From Takakia lepidozioides (Eukaryota > Plantae > Bryophyta): a DNA stretch of 64,000 nucleotides. The notes beneath the pieces are model-generated. The model ran no database searches. It saw only the letters and a list, made by a program, of their open reading frames with translations, and was not told the origin of the DNA. The stretch covers positions 32,984,001-33,048,000 of the forward strand of contig CM060731.1 in assembly GCA_030704615.1 (NCBI GenBank), in the 5' to 3' direction. The translations under genes were made by a program, and so were the position numbers. Of this stretch, positions 1 to 13,093 are shown in pieces; the first letter of the stretch is position 1, and each line of letters begins with the position of its first letter.

Positions 1-197
1 CACACCTGCATCGGTCTTCGCGCGCGGCGATGGCGGGAGGGGCATACCGCAATCTCAGAACAAACTCTGAATCCCACAGCAACGATCGCAGCCTGTTATT
101 CTCCACCTCCACAGCCTCACTCTGATTCGGTCTGCTCCTGCAACACAATGTAACAGCAAGGAGAAGGTGTAGCTTAACTTTTAAGTCCAGTGCGATT

Positions 198-205
198 TAG
201 GGTTT
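198..205 (-). promoter_or_regulatory. Telo-box (AAACCCTA)
   Basis: TAGGGTTT at 198-205, upstream of a possible minus-strand first exon (ATG at 45, donor at 5-4). Confidence 0.25.
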
Positions 206-711
206 CCAAGGGTGGGTGTGTGAGGAGGCAAGCACGGGTGAGTTCTGCAAAGTAAGCAGCGTCAGCGCCCGGCCCGCCTATTCGCCCCCCATAAATTAGT
301 GCGCACAAGGGCGCAGCAATTGGCATCGACCAATCGCATTGTTTTCCTTACTCATTAGTTTAAGGCAGGGAGCCTATCGCGCTCCCACTACTTATAGGAC
401 GTAAAGGCAGAGTTTGTTACAAAAGATATGGGATTATTCCAACCCCCAAATATGCCTCAATTCCGCACACTAACCCTTCCTCTGTCGCCGTTTTTTGGCC
501 CCCTCACACGAAAGTTGAGGAGGATTCCCATGCCCACAGATTGCTCCTTCGATTAATTAGCTGATGGTACACACGGTAGACAGTGAGGTTATTGTCTAAG
601 GTTGGTGATCGTCTCGCACCTCCGTCGCTGCTTGGCAGAGGAGGGGGTGAGCTCGTGGGCTCGCGGACAGTCTTGGAGGAGGGGAGGAGGGGAGGAGGGG
701 AGGAGGGAGGG

Positions 712-2255
712 ATGGGATCCTCAGGGGACTCGACAGTAATCGGTGAGGCGGGCCCAACGCCGCAGAAGTGGCTGCAAGGGTTGAAATCCAAAGTGGCTGT
801 GGCGAAGCCGGAGTATGAATTCCTCGGCTTCCATGACACGCTGCTGCTCCAGGACATTGTGGTGCTGCTGTTTGAGCCCGGCCATCTCACCTTCACCATT
901 CCCGTGACTGCCCGTCTCACTGTATGGGTTTCCTGATCCGTTGCTCCTTCCGTCCCCCTTCCATTATCGCTTAGTAGATGGGTGTTTGACCAGGTTTTCA
1001 GACTCATTTTCAGCTTGGTGCAGTGATGAGTTGCTAGGAATCGGAGGTAAATGTCTTGGACGTCTCGGGCTAATGTGCCATGAGACGTGCGTCTGCTCAG
1101 AAATAGTCTTGTTCTGTTGTTTGAGAAGCAGATAAGACGGATTGCGTCTGTGGAACAAAGTAATGGCTGGAGGACCTTATGGATCCGATCCAAACAAAGG
1201 GCTTCAAAGCTGTGTTGGGCCCTTGCAAAGATTTCCGTAGAGTGTCAAGTAATAGGTCAAGGTTGAGTGGAAATCTCAATGTAATACATCAAATCTAATC
1301 ATGTGAATGGCAGTAGTGGACTGTATACAGATAATTCTGACCTAGAAATGTGTCTGGCACCAATTTGTGATGTCTATCATCAGTTCTTAGACTGAAATCC
1401 CACCCCTGGTGAGAAGTCTTCTGTAACTCTAGCACAACTATTAGTATTTGTAGAGTGACCTGGTAGACAGACTTTTGTAATTACTAAGTTGAAATGTCAA
1501 ATCGGGGTCTCCTCAAGATCATATGACCTGTAAAGCTTGGCAGCAATGGATGATTTGCTCAGTGCGCAGGACAATATGAACTCATGCTTGCATTGTTGTG
1601 CATTGGCAGTTGAGGTGATGAGGAAGACCATGGAGATGTCAAATTGCACCGTGGTTGTCTTTCCCAAACATGTTTACACAAGCCCCACAGCGTGAATGCA
1701 TAACCTTGTGACATGATGGGGCTGCTGGTGCAGAACAAGTATAACACGTTGCATGGAGGTGCCATAGCCTCGCTGGTTGACATGTCTGGAGCATTTGCAA
1801 TGACCAGTGCCATTGGTCGCGGGATAAAAGGAGTGACAACAGACATCACCATTTCCTATATATCCGCAGCTCCACTCAATGTGGGTCCCTCTGCCCACTG
1901 TTCTACTTGGTGTGTGGTGTCAAAGAAGTGGGGAAGTTCATCTAGAGAAAACACCGAAACAGGATTTGTAGTGGTTGTCTTAGATTGGGGGAAAGTCATT
2001 CGCATCTTATTTCCTTCACCTCGCATCCACAGACTGCCAAGTGTCTGTAGATGTAAGGTAGGTAGCCAGGATTGGAGATGAAATGCTGACGTAGTTTTTT
2101 GTCCTGGATAGGCACAAGTGGAGGTGGAGGCGAAGGTAATGAAACTTGAGAAAGTTGTGGTGGTGGTAGTGGACATTCGGGACACAGTAAGTAAGAAACA
2201 TTTTGCCCAAGGCCGTGTGTCAATGTTCATTTCAAGCCCGATATCAAAGCTTTGA
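712..2255 (+). CDS. Hotdog-fold acyl-CoA thioesterase (PaaI/ACOT13-like) with C-terminal PTS1; 3 exons
   Basis: Exons 712-921, 1734-1880 and 2112-2255, all GT-AG and phase 0. Contains the N..LHGGAIASLVD motif, GVTTDITISYISAA and VEVEAKV. Ends in -SKL*. Confidence 0.85.
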
Positions 2256-3600
2256 TCAAGTTACAACATCAGACATTTGTGAGTCCAGCCTGATATGAAG
2301 AGTTCTACGACTAAGAACTGTGCTGGTATTCCTGAGTCCTAATTGACTTACATTTCCTTCTTAGTCTGTGTCAAGATTAAAGAAGCAATTTGGCGGGTTC
2401 TAAAATTGAGTGCTGTCTAGTGGTATTCTGACGTGGAAAGTGATGCAGTTGCTGGCATTAACTTTCTTGTACACTTTCCCATTCTTTGTACAATGTCAAA
2501 CAATAGTTCTTTGCCTTTTTTTGTACAATGTTAAGCTGTCATATCTCTTGTCACACCAATCTATGTAATCTAATTTACTGAAGTGGATATGACAGTGAAA
2601 TTTCTTGATTCATGCTGTGTCAACAAGTGCCAAAGGTGCTATTTAGGCATTGCAGCAGGCTGCTCAGACACAGGTCAGTCATCAGATCAGTGTATTTTTT
2701 TTGCAGACAACTTTAGAGCCATCACCTTAATCATGTTATGACATTATTAAACAAGAATTTTGTTGGCTTTATAAATACATGATACTTCAAGCTCGAGCTT
2801 TTTGTTTTTGAGAGCTTTTGGGCTCATTCTGGGCTGTTGGCAGCTTCAATTTTGTTGGTAGTGCTATTTCCATCGGGGAGATCTCAGGTCAGCACACAGC
2901 ATTGCACATCCCCATCAATAATTCTCAGCGATGTTTTTGGGGCAGAACAAGATTCTGGCCAGGGGTTTGTCTACTCGGGCTTCTAGTCACTGCTGCTAGT
3001 CAACCAGTCATCTTCCATCCTCATAATGCCTCAACTGGCTTCAAACTTGGCCTTCAGCATGGTTTGTTGATAGCGATATTTGCGGACTAACTTCAAAACA
3101 GAGTACTCTCTCACATGACACCATAATATTTTTGAACCGGACTTCATCATAATTATGGAGATTGTGGGTACAGATGCCTGAAGGGGGTTTGTTTGTGGAT
3201 CTAAGTTGATTGCCCCACCCTCAACCTGACTGTTTGTTTGTTTGTTTGTTCCTCTTTATCATCTCTCAGTCTCAATCCCAGGCTCCAGATTATCAATTTT
3301 TAGTGTATCAAATTCTTTACTTTTTAAGTCCATATTCTCCTAGTGTTGTCAACGGACCCATCAAACCCCATGGTGTGTCCAAACGTCTCTTTTAGCAACA
3401 GATGTATAAATAGATTATATCGCAATTACGTTTGAGTTGCGCAAGCTTATTATCATCACATACCTATGCACTGTGATGTGCTCGACTTCTCGGCTATATT
3501 GCTCGCGATAGCTCGCGACGACCCAATGACTATATGCAGCTCTCAAAAAGTCTATTATGGTATGGCACAATGTCCAAAAACAATTCTGTCCAGGACACCC

Positions 3601-5629
3601 TCAAACAGTCTCTCGGATAAGGTTGGCTTCCACCCAAAGCTTGCAACGGCATTTTGGACGACCTCTTATCCATCCAGCTCCACATGTATAGCAAAATTCA
3701 TGCCCACACCTGCCAGTGAAGTGGACAAAATAAGAGCTGGAGTTTGTCTTTTCATTCACTAGTCTCTTCTGAGAACTTGAAATGCAAAAGAAGGAAACGA
3801 GACTCATTTATAGGTATATGTGATAGGCAGGAGAACACCTTCAAGAGATAAATGCAATGATATGAAAGCGATCTCAACAGTAGACCTCATGTATGAGGTG
3901 ACTCAACAGCTGTGCATATGCGCCATATCCAGAAACAAGCAGAGATGACAAATAATACAGAAGATTACACTGACCGGCAGGTGATATGGTTGCAGCCCGT
4001 TTTGAGCTCAATGACCTGTCCACATTGTTGACAGCGCTTCCATTTCTTCTTCTCAGCTAACTTACGCAATTTTTCATCCCCAGAGGCTTGTGCGTTCTTG
4101 CGTTCAGCTTGATACTCAGCACAGGTAAGATCTCCATGCCAGGGCAAAACGCATTTTATGCAGAACCCTCGGTTGCATTCCCAGCATTCGACAAATGTTA
4201 TGCTCTCAATTCCTGGCTTTTCCATTAGTACTGAGCAGTCAGGGAATGGACAATACACTTTCTCTTTCTCCGGGATTGCAGCTTCTGTTTGTCGCTTGAT
4301 CAAAATCTCATAGGACCTCGGGGAAAGCACGTCCGAGCACTGGGCAAGACTAAAAACGGCAGGACAATCTTTATGGGGACAGCTAACATGCAGTTTCCCT
4401 CCTTTGACCTGCACTTCTGCATGCTGGGAGATACAATTGTCGCAAAATTCATGGTGGCAACCTGTCCTATTAGCCCGGTTAGTATGCTCTTCAATTTCTG
4501 AAGATCCACTGCTCCTTCCAGCATCACCGGCAAGACAAAATACCACTTAATATTAGACCAGCCGTGAGCGCAGTATAGAACACGATGCAAATCGGATAAT
4601 TATCTGCAATAGGAACTTCTGTACTAAGTAACGAGCCAGTGATCATCTGATGATTAGGCCCGTATCAGCTTGATAGACGGTACTGGGTCCCCGACACAGG
4701 CCCGACACACACAAAAATATAAAATACTACTGGTATCATCTGGCGCATCAATACCAAGCCATCATCTCTGTGAATAGGTTCCAAAAGTCCACTCGAAATC
4801 CATCGGAGAGGACCTGTCTGCCTCAGGCAGAGCCGCTGGAGTGAGTCCTCTCCGTTGATATTAAAGCAAGTAGCCTGCTTCAATCCAGCAAATCAGACCA
4901 GATTCTGTTGGAACGTTCGTATTTTAAAAGGCACACAAACTTACCTTCTGCGACGAGAAAATTGGTAACAGGACGAGTATCCATGCAGATCTGGCACTCG
5001 ACTTCAAAAAAATTCGCCGCATCATTCCAATCTTCCAGTGCAGCATCACTCATATGACGCAGCGGTGGCGCCGAGGGGGACGCCTTCTCCCTGAGCACGG
5101 CCAGAGTCTCTGTGTCCGAATGGATCCCTAGCCCTGACGTGATGAGGGCCACTAATTGGTCTGTCCTTTCCTCATCCTCTTGTAAATCTGCATTCCTCAC
5201 TTACAGGAGACGGTAGGAATCCACGCAGTTTCTTTATTCATCAAGATGCCAACCAGCATAACTAGCGTCAAAAGACTCCATGCAGTCATAATGGTACTAT
5301 TAGTCGTATTGCCCTGCACATCCACGTTTCCGCATTGCTACAAGGAAGACCAATGACCTCAAAGCATATCGACCTTAACTACGCCTGCCCCGACATGTTT
5401 GACAATTGCACAGTAGAGCAAGCAGATTGCGACATGACGTGATATTCGACAAGTGTACATGAGAAATCATGAGAATTTCGTTACCATAATCCCCCCTTGA
5501 GCCGCGCAGCTCTTTGGCATGAGAATTTTCATTTGCCAGACATGCAAGACATGCTCCGTCAATAGTTTCTTCGATCTGCAGTTGGAGAGCTAATTCAGAA
5601 TCTGTCACGTCGAGAGTGGCTCTTGCCAT
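3601..5629 (-). CDS. RBR (RING1-IBR-RING2) E3 ubiquitin ligase; 4 exons
   Basis: Exons ~5629-5485, 5187-4945, 4461-3975 and 3709-3601 splice in frame. RING1 CQIC...CHHEFCDNC...CPHKDC; IBR YCPFPDC...CWECNRGFCIKC..PWH; RING2 KRCQQC..IELKTGCNHITCRCGHEFCYTC. Start could instead be the ATG at 5725. Confidence 0.85.
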
Positions 5630-6384
5630 CTCTTCCTGGAGCTTCGCAGAAGTCGATAAACCTCCCGCCAACGAGCACTGGCCTCTGGACGGAAATAGAA
5701 CAGTGCTTAACCAGCGCTGCCACATAATCTGTCAGAATTTTGCTCGCCTTTTCATGAGCCTTTTCCTGCACAATCAAACAGAACGAGAAGCTCTAGATGC
5801 TAAGTAGCGAGAAAGTGGTGCAGCTGAAATGATGGAGAGCACAGGAAGAAAGAACCAGAGATCCGTGGCAGCACACCGACGGATCATCATGTCTGTGAAA
5901 CGAAGAAGGAAAGCGAGAGCGAAGTCCGTCGGTCTTCTCGTCTGCCCTGTGGACACTTGGCGGGGACCACCGTACCGACAACCTAGACAGGTTCGGAACC
6001 AACACAGTAGCCTCCACCACACCTCTAAGACCCAGGTGACTTTGGGCTCAAATTCTGACTACCCCTTTGTATAGTTGCATTAAATATATATGTATATATA
6101 GACGCCTCCCTAAGGGAGCGTAAATTATGGTGTCACTTCACCACAAGGGCTACTGCCTTCCAGCTGAAAGGTGACACACCATAACGTAGTTTGAACCCAC
6201 AACCACATCCAACGTGGTAGGTGCCCATTACCTGCTGACTGTTGTCTAAAATCTTTTCTTGTCTTTTCTTTTCTTGGGACAAGGTTGGCCTCTCATTGTA
6301 GATAATAGTGTCTTAAATGCATCAGGGGCCGCACATGTGGTGCCCGCAAGAAAGAGAGGATCAACCCCACCCGGCCATGGGTTT

Positions 6385-9310
6385 GGAGTGAATCTACAAC
6401 TCCTGATGCCCTGCTGGTCTACCCGCGAGAGGGCCTTTCCTTAGGCCACCTATCCCAAGGTGAGCTATTCATGTTGGAATTCGACATAGAAAAGAGATGA
6501 AAGGTTAAATTGATGAGTGAGAACTCTCCACCCAAACCACATGACAACATGTTGGGATACTCTCCAAGCTCTCCATATTTATACTCAAAGTCTATTCCAA
6601 GAATAGCTCCAAATTGCCATTCTGGTAATCTGACTTGAGTCACTAATAACTAAGCTAACTTTAATTAACTGAGGGTTATCTCTATTGTTAGCTCTGACTT
6701 ATTAGCACTATTATTATTGCAGTAGTAGTAACTTGGTCAGACATTCATACTCAACGAGTTATGAAGCTAAACACTTAACTACTCCCATCAAGCCTCGAAA
6801 GCATTCGTGCTTTTCAGCACTAAGCCCTTTTGATAGTTGGTGTTGCAATATATTAGTTTGACAACTCCTGCTGGAGTCTTCTCTCGTACCAAATGATGAT
6901 GAATCTCAATATGTTTTGTGCAAGCATGAAAGATTCTTCGAGAGAGCAATACACCCTTGGTTGTCATCATATATGACCATGGTATCCCTATGTGGACGAC
7001 CAATACTACATCATCCGGCCAATTCTTCAAAAAACTATCACTAATTTGTCCAGGTTGTCAATGCCCTACCGACATGTGCTAAAAAATGAAAAATAGTGGC
7101 GGGCCCTTGGGGCTGCACATGCCGTGACCCTTGACCCGTGACTTGTGCACCGGCCCCAACTTCATATCTAGATGCTATACCATGTGTATAGTCCAGTGTT
7201 CGACTGGTATCATGGAAATATGAAATATGATACCAGACTAGTCTTGGTATTGGGGTCAGGGGCCAGGTAGGGTATAGGAGGGGTATCAATAACGTAAAAT
7301 TGTGGATGTATATCACCCAACTTCATATCTAGATGCTATACCATGTGTATAGTCCAGTGTTCGACTGGTATCATGGAAATATGAAATATGATACCAGACT
7401 AGTCTTGGTATTGGAGTGAATCTACAACTCCTGATTATTCATGTTGGAATTCGACATAGAAAAGAGATGAAAGGTTAAATTGATTAGTGAGAACTCTCCA
7501 CCCAAACCACATGACAACATGTTGGGATACTCTCCAAGCTCTCCATATTTATACTCAAAGTCTATTCCAAGAATAGCTCCAAATTGCCATTCTGGTAATC
7601 TGACTTGAGTCACTAATAACTGAGCTAACTTTAATTAACTGAGGGTTATCTCTATTGTTAGCTCTGACTTATTAGCACTATTATTATTGCAGTCTAATTT
7701 GTCATCACAGGAACTCTTAGTAGTAGTAACTTGGTAAGACATTCATACTCAACGAGTTATGAAGCTAAACACTTAACTACTCACATCAAGCCTCGAAAGC
7801 ATTCGTGCTTTTCAGCACTAGGCCCTTTTGACAGTTGGTGTTGCAATATATTAGTTTGACAACTCCTGCTGGAGTCTTCTCTCGTACCAAATGATGATGA
7901 ATCTCAATATGTTTTGTGCAAGCATGAAAGATTCTTCGAGAGAGCAATACACCCTTGGTTGTCATCATATATGACCATGGTATCCCTATGTGGACGACCA
8001 ATACTACATCATCCGGCCAATTCTTCAAAAACTATCACTAATTTGTCCAGGTTGTCAATGCCCTACCGACATGTGCTAAAAAATGAAAAATAGTGGCGGG
8101 CCCTTGGGGCTGCACATGCCGTGACCCTTGACCCGTGACTTGTGCACCGGCCCCAACTTCATATCTAGATGCTATACCATGTGTATAGTCCAGTGTTCGA
8201 CTGGTATCATGGAAATATGAAATATGATACCAGACTAGTCTTGGTATTGGGGTCAGGGGCCAGGTAGGGTATAGGAGGGGTATCAATAACGTAAAATTGT
8301 GGATGTATATCACCCAACTTCATATCTAGATGCTATACCATGTGTATAGTCCAGTGTTCGACTGGTATCATGGAAATATGAAATATGATACCAGACTAGT
8401 CTTGGTATTGGAGTGAATCTACAACTCCTGATTATTCATGTTGGAATTCGACATAGAAAAGAGATGAAAGGTTAAATTGATTAGTGAGAACTCTCCACCC
8501 AAACCACATGACAACATGTTGGGATACTCTCCAAGCTCTCCATATTTATACTCAAAGTCTATTCCAAGAATAGCTCCAAATTGCCATTCTGGTAATCTGA
8601 CTTGAGTCACTAATAACTAAGCTAACTTTAATTAACTGAGGGTTATCTCTATTGTTAGCTCTGACTTATTAGCACTATTATTATTGCAGTCTAACTTGTC
8701 ATCACAGGAACTCTTAGTAGTAGTAACTTGGTAAGACATTCATACTCAACGAGTTATGAAGCTAAACACTTAACTACTCACATCAAGCCTCGAAAGCATT
8801 CGTGCTTTTCAGCACTAGGCCCTTTTGACAGTTGGTGTTGCAATATATTAGTTTGACAACTCCTGCTGGAGTCTTCTCTCGTACCAAATGATGATGAATC
8901 TCAATATGTTTTGTGCAAGCATGAAAGATTCTTCGAGAGAGCAATACACCCTTGGTTGTCATCATATATGACCATGGTATCCCTATGTGGACGACCAATA
9001 CTACATCATCCGGCCAATTCTTCAAAAAACTATCACTAATTTGTCCAGGTTGTCAATGCCCTACCGACATGTGCTAAAAAATGAAAAATAGTGGCGGGCC
9101 CTTGGGGCTGCACATGTCGTGACCCTTGACCCGTGACTTGTGCACCGGCCCCAACTTCATATCTAGATGCTATACCATGTGTATAGTCCAGTGTTCGACT
9201 GGTATCATGGAAATATGAAATATGATACCAGACTAGTCTTGGTATTGGGGTCAGGGGCCAGGTAGGGTATAGGAGGGGTATCAATAACGTAAAATTGTGG
9301 ATGTATATCA
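6385..9310. repeat. Tandem triplication, ~997-bp unit
   Basis: The same ORFs recur at 6788/7786/8783 and 7041/8038/9036. Copies 2 and 3 are nearly identical. Confidence 0.95.
6550..6940 (-). mobile_element. Degenerate Ty1/copia 3' end (RNase H tail plus short LTR), repeated in each tandem unit
   Basis: FHACTKHIEIHHHLVREK..GVVKLIYCNT matches the copia RNase H C-terminal motif HARTKHI. It is followed on the minus strand by a TGTC...TATAAATA...CCCAACA LTR-like segment (~6742-6550). Confidence 0.6.
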
Positions 9311-9819
9311 ATAGGGTATCAATATTTGTTTTTCCCCATCTCATATGGGGCGAATATGAATATTGCCCGGGTATGTATATGAAATATTTAGTATATTTAA
9401 GAAAATATTCAATAACATGAGAAAAATAATTGACCTTCACAATGGATCACAATTACAGCATAATGCACATACAAAAATACATTGCTGATACACATTGCAC
9501 ATTGCAAAAATACACCATACCATATCTGTATTTTTGCACATTGCACATTGAGTATAAAACAGATGCCATAAATGCTCTTGAATTCCCTTGCCCTAACTCC
9601 ATATATACACCTATTGCGCCTTTGGAGGCTCACATAATATTGGTATCAATACCAATCTTGTCCATCGCAATACTAGATGGGTATGGTATATGCCATAGTA
9701 TGGAGCAAGCAATGTATTGCCCCTAGTATGGTATTGCCCGGGCCCTACCTACCAGCCGGATATGGTCTTACCTACCTTTGTTGATACCCGGGTTGGACCT
9801 ATACACCCGTCCAACACTG
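9189..9819. mobile_element. Non-autonomous hAT (MITE-like), 631 bp
   Basis: Left end CAGTGTTCGACTGGT, right end ACCCGTCCAACACTG (13/15 inverted match). Identical 8-bp TSD GTATAGTC at 9181-9188 and 9820-9827. Confidence 0.85.
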
Positions 9820-10728
9820 GTATAGTCCTTGTTTTTGCCCATAATATAGGTATTGCACGGGTATTGCCTTTATCGTAGGGTATTGACCAGTGTTGGCCGG
9901 GTACCATGTTTTGAGCCCTCTTCCAGTCCCGGTTATGGCCTACTCCTTGAAAAAAGTGGATGGCCGGGGCAGGGTATAACAATAGGTTTGAAAAACATCT
10001 CGGTTACAAGTTCTAATTAAACACATGAATTTTTTTTTGTCCGGTTCTCAATCTACCGCCTCTCATTTTACAATAATTGGGACGTTATGGCGCACGCGCG
10101 AGCTGACTGGTGGGCCCCGCGCATGGACGCCCTGCTCCCCCCGCCCGCCGCTGCGCGGGGTTGCCCACCTGCTGCCGCAGCCCCACCAGCCGCGCCCCTA
10201 GTCCGGCGTGGCCAATCCGTCCGCCAGTCCGCTGCGCGTGAGTCCAGTTCCCCTCAGTCCGCCAAACCGCCAGTCTGCCGGCCAGTCTGCTGTGCACGCC
10301 AGTCCGCTGTGCCAGTCCCCGCAAGTCCACCCAACAGTCCGTTGTGCCCGTCTGCTGCCCCCCAGTCTGCCAGTCTGCCAGTCCGCGCCGGCCGAAGGAT
10401 CTGGATCGTCCATTCTGAGAAACCCATCCGCGCCATCCATCCCAGTCCACTGTGCCAGTCCCGGCCAGTCCACCCAACAGTCTACCTGCCAGTCCGCCGC
10501 CCATGAGTCCGTTTTCCTTCAGTCCACTGATGATGCCGCATCTGGACCGTCTGTTCGCAAATGCCATCTGAGCCCTCCATTTTTAGGGCATGAATTCAAA
10601 GCCGCCTGCCACTTGCCAGCAGCCGCGAACATGCGCACTGATGCTCCTTGCACGTTGTCCATCGTGTCCAGTGTATTGTGGTGCGTTTCTTGCAGGTTCT
10701 GAAGCCTGTCCTCTGTACTGTACAGGGC

Positions 10729-11050
10729 ATGGACGTGGAAGCAGAATGTGATGATATACTAAAAACGGGATGCTGGATTATACAGCCTATTCGACAAAGT
10801 TTGCAAACACCCAAACCAGGACCCTTCAACACGAAGGACCTCCAATAGAAGAGAGACACGCAATATGGTTATATGGGTGCCAGACAGAATGTTCTGAAGG
10901 CCTGCATACCGTGGGATAGAATTGATGACTTTCTCCTTGGAAATGAGAGTTTGGTGGACTACCCCACTCAGTTTTGGGTGAATGTCCATACTAAAGTGCA
11001 ACCCGGCATGCTAAAAGAGCTGAGAGCCAGCAGTTCTCTGAACAGTATCA
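10729..11050 (+). pseudogene. N-terminal fragment of a SWIM-zinc-finger/MULE-type transposase-like gene, truncated
   Basis: MDVEAEC...PFNTKDLQ*...KACIPWDRIDDFLLG...YPTQFWV resembles the N-terminus of plant SWIM-finger proteins (F...DL.W...IP..RVDDF..GE...PT.F.V). The TAG falls at the conserved W. Reads inward from the left TIR. Confidence 0.55.
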
Positions 11051-11261
11051 TGTGTGTTCCATCCTCATCGTCCTTTTGTAGTATGATTACATGTCTGTTG
11101 CCATTTTTCGTACCCACGTTTTGTGATTTCATGCTTCCAGAAGTCGATGGATATCCATTGTGATTTTTATGTCTAGGTATCAATGCTGCTACGATCCAGA
11201 TGACAAGCGCACCAACAATGCGATAGTGGAGGATCCCAAACTGAAACGTGGAGGACCTCTT

Positions 11262-12425
11262 GTGGCAAATCCGGCTCTCGGCCAAAGAGAAGGAAATATG
11301 GTGAGAAGGAGGCAAGTGATGTCTGCTTGCTAAACCTGTAGCCCATGGCTAACCAAGGTACCTGAAGATCCCAATCTCCTAGGTGTCCCTTTTGCAAGCC
11401 ATACTTGCGCAAACCCCTCTTCACTATCTAAACCACTCTCTCTGCCAAGCCATCGACCTCAGGATGATCCCGAGAAGTGGTACGGTGGTCTATCAAGGCT
11501 TTATCACACAAAGCCTGAAACTCCCCCAAGAACTCTCTCCCTTGGTCCGTGAGTACCTCAGCTGGAGCACCGAATCGGCTAAGCATACGATCCAGGAATG
11601 CATACGCAGCCCCCTCACTAGCCTTGTCAGGCAATGGAACCAACTCAATCCACTTGGAGAAGTGCTCCACCATCACCAACACATATCTGTATCGTCAGTG
11701 ACAACGGCCCTGCAAAGTCAAGACTCCACCTGTAGCCCAATCCCATGATGGGTAAAGGATGCAACTGTGGTGTAGGGGCATTGAATGAAGCACGCACCCT
11801 GTCACACACCATGCACCTAGCCACGAACTGTTGCACCTTTGTGTGCATACCAGGCCACCGATACTGCCCTTGTAGTAAACTATGAGTGCATCGCGACACT
11901 CCAAAATGCCCCAACTCCTCATGGGTATGCCGCACTAACCATGCACGTTGTGTTGGGTGAGACACGATCCTCACCCGACCATATTCCCATACTCGAAGCA
12001 GGTGTATCCCCTCCCACTTGAACCTCTTGGCTCGTTGCAGGATCCGATCCCTCTCCTTGGCAGTTACACTAGTTGTCGTGTCTCCAGTGCGGAGGTAATC
12101 CAACACAATCGACTCCTCATGTATATCTCTGGCACCATCTGGCTCATCACTAGCCTCAGGGTCATCAGACACTCCGTCTACAGTCATCCCTGTTGTAGGT
12201 CCAACCTGACCTCCCGATGCCAAGATACACAAAAATGCAGATGCATGCCATCCCGGCACCATCTCCTCGTTCGTCTCACCATGCCACCGAGCTCCAGTGT
12301 CATCTTGCTGGCTCGTGCATGGATTGCGACTCAATCCATCCACATCCCTATTGACCAAACCCGGTCGATGCACAACCTGAAAGTCATACTCTTAGAGTAT
12401 AAGTGCCTACCGTGCAAGCTTCCCC
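11262..12425 (-). mobile_element. Ty3/gypsy remnant, RNase H tail plus integrase (pseudogenised)
   Basis: GKLAR*ALIL*EYDF.VVHRPG..N.D.DGLSR; HHCC region HEELGHFG...CMVC; WSLDFAGPL; VLTDQGREF; DGLAER; FSPYFLLFGREP. Has frameshifts. Confidence 0.9.
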
Positions 12426-13093
12426 CACTACAACAGATGAGCGTTTTTATGACTTCACATATGACTATTTTTTCAGTCTTATATGCGTTCATGACTACAT
12501 CACTCTGTAGTGAAAAAAACCCTGTCATAGCGACTAGTCTTTAGGACTGCGTTTTGCAAGTCATATCCATGACTGCTTGCGTGGCACCTGGAGTCCTGCT
12601 GCAGAGAGGGTTGCAGTCACAACTATATGACTAATATATGACTACATTGTCTGTTGAGCGCTGCCTATATGGAGAGGCTTCAGCGGGATACGTGCGCCAC
12701 TGCGCAAGCAACACGTCATGCATTCGTCAGGGGATCATATGACTATATGTCTGCAAAGTGATGCCTACATGGAGAGGCGACGGATGGACACGTGCGCCAC
12801 TACGAATTTGACATGTCACGACTTCTTGCCATGATCATATGACTACATGTCTGCACAGTGATGCCTACATGGAGAGGCGCTAGCGAGACACGTGTGCTAT
12901 GGCATATTTCACACGTGGTGACTACATGACTCGCTCATATGACTACAGGGATGTCTACATGGAGAGTTGTTAGCGGGACACCTGTTGCACTTGATATGTG
13001 ACATGTGGCACACAGACAAAATATATGACTAGCATATATGACTACGGATCTTTACACGTGGTGAAAATATGGATGAAGAATGTCGTGTCATAT

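Noticed and set aside
6-45. Possible first coding exon of a minus-strand gene (MPLPPSPRAKTDA|G)
   Set aside because: Too short and at the window edge to assign.
504-1193. 229-aa minus-strand ORF
   Set aside because: Antisense to thioesterase exon 1 and its GA-rich 5' UTR; low complexity, no domain.
10085-10702. Overlapping ORFs in the left TIR, mirrored at 42392-42866
   Set aside because: GC-rich repetitive TIR sequence lacks stops by composition; no domain is recognisable.
12450-13050. Regularly spaced repeats suggestive of a CRISPR-like array
   Set aside because: Eukaryotic context, degenerate repeats with related spacers and no cas genes; they are CACTA subterminal repeats.
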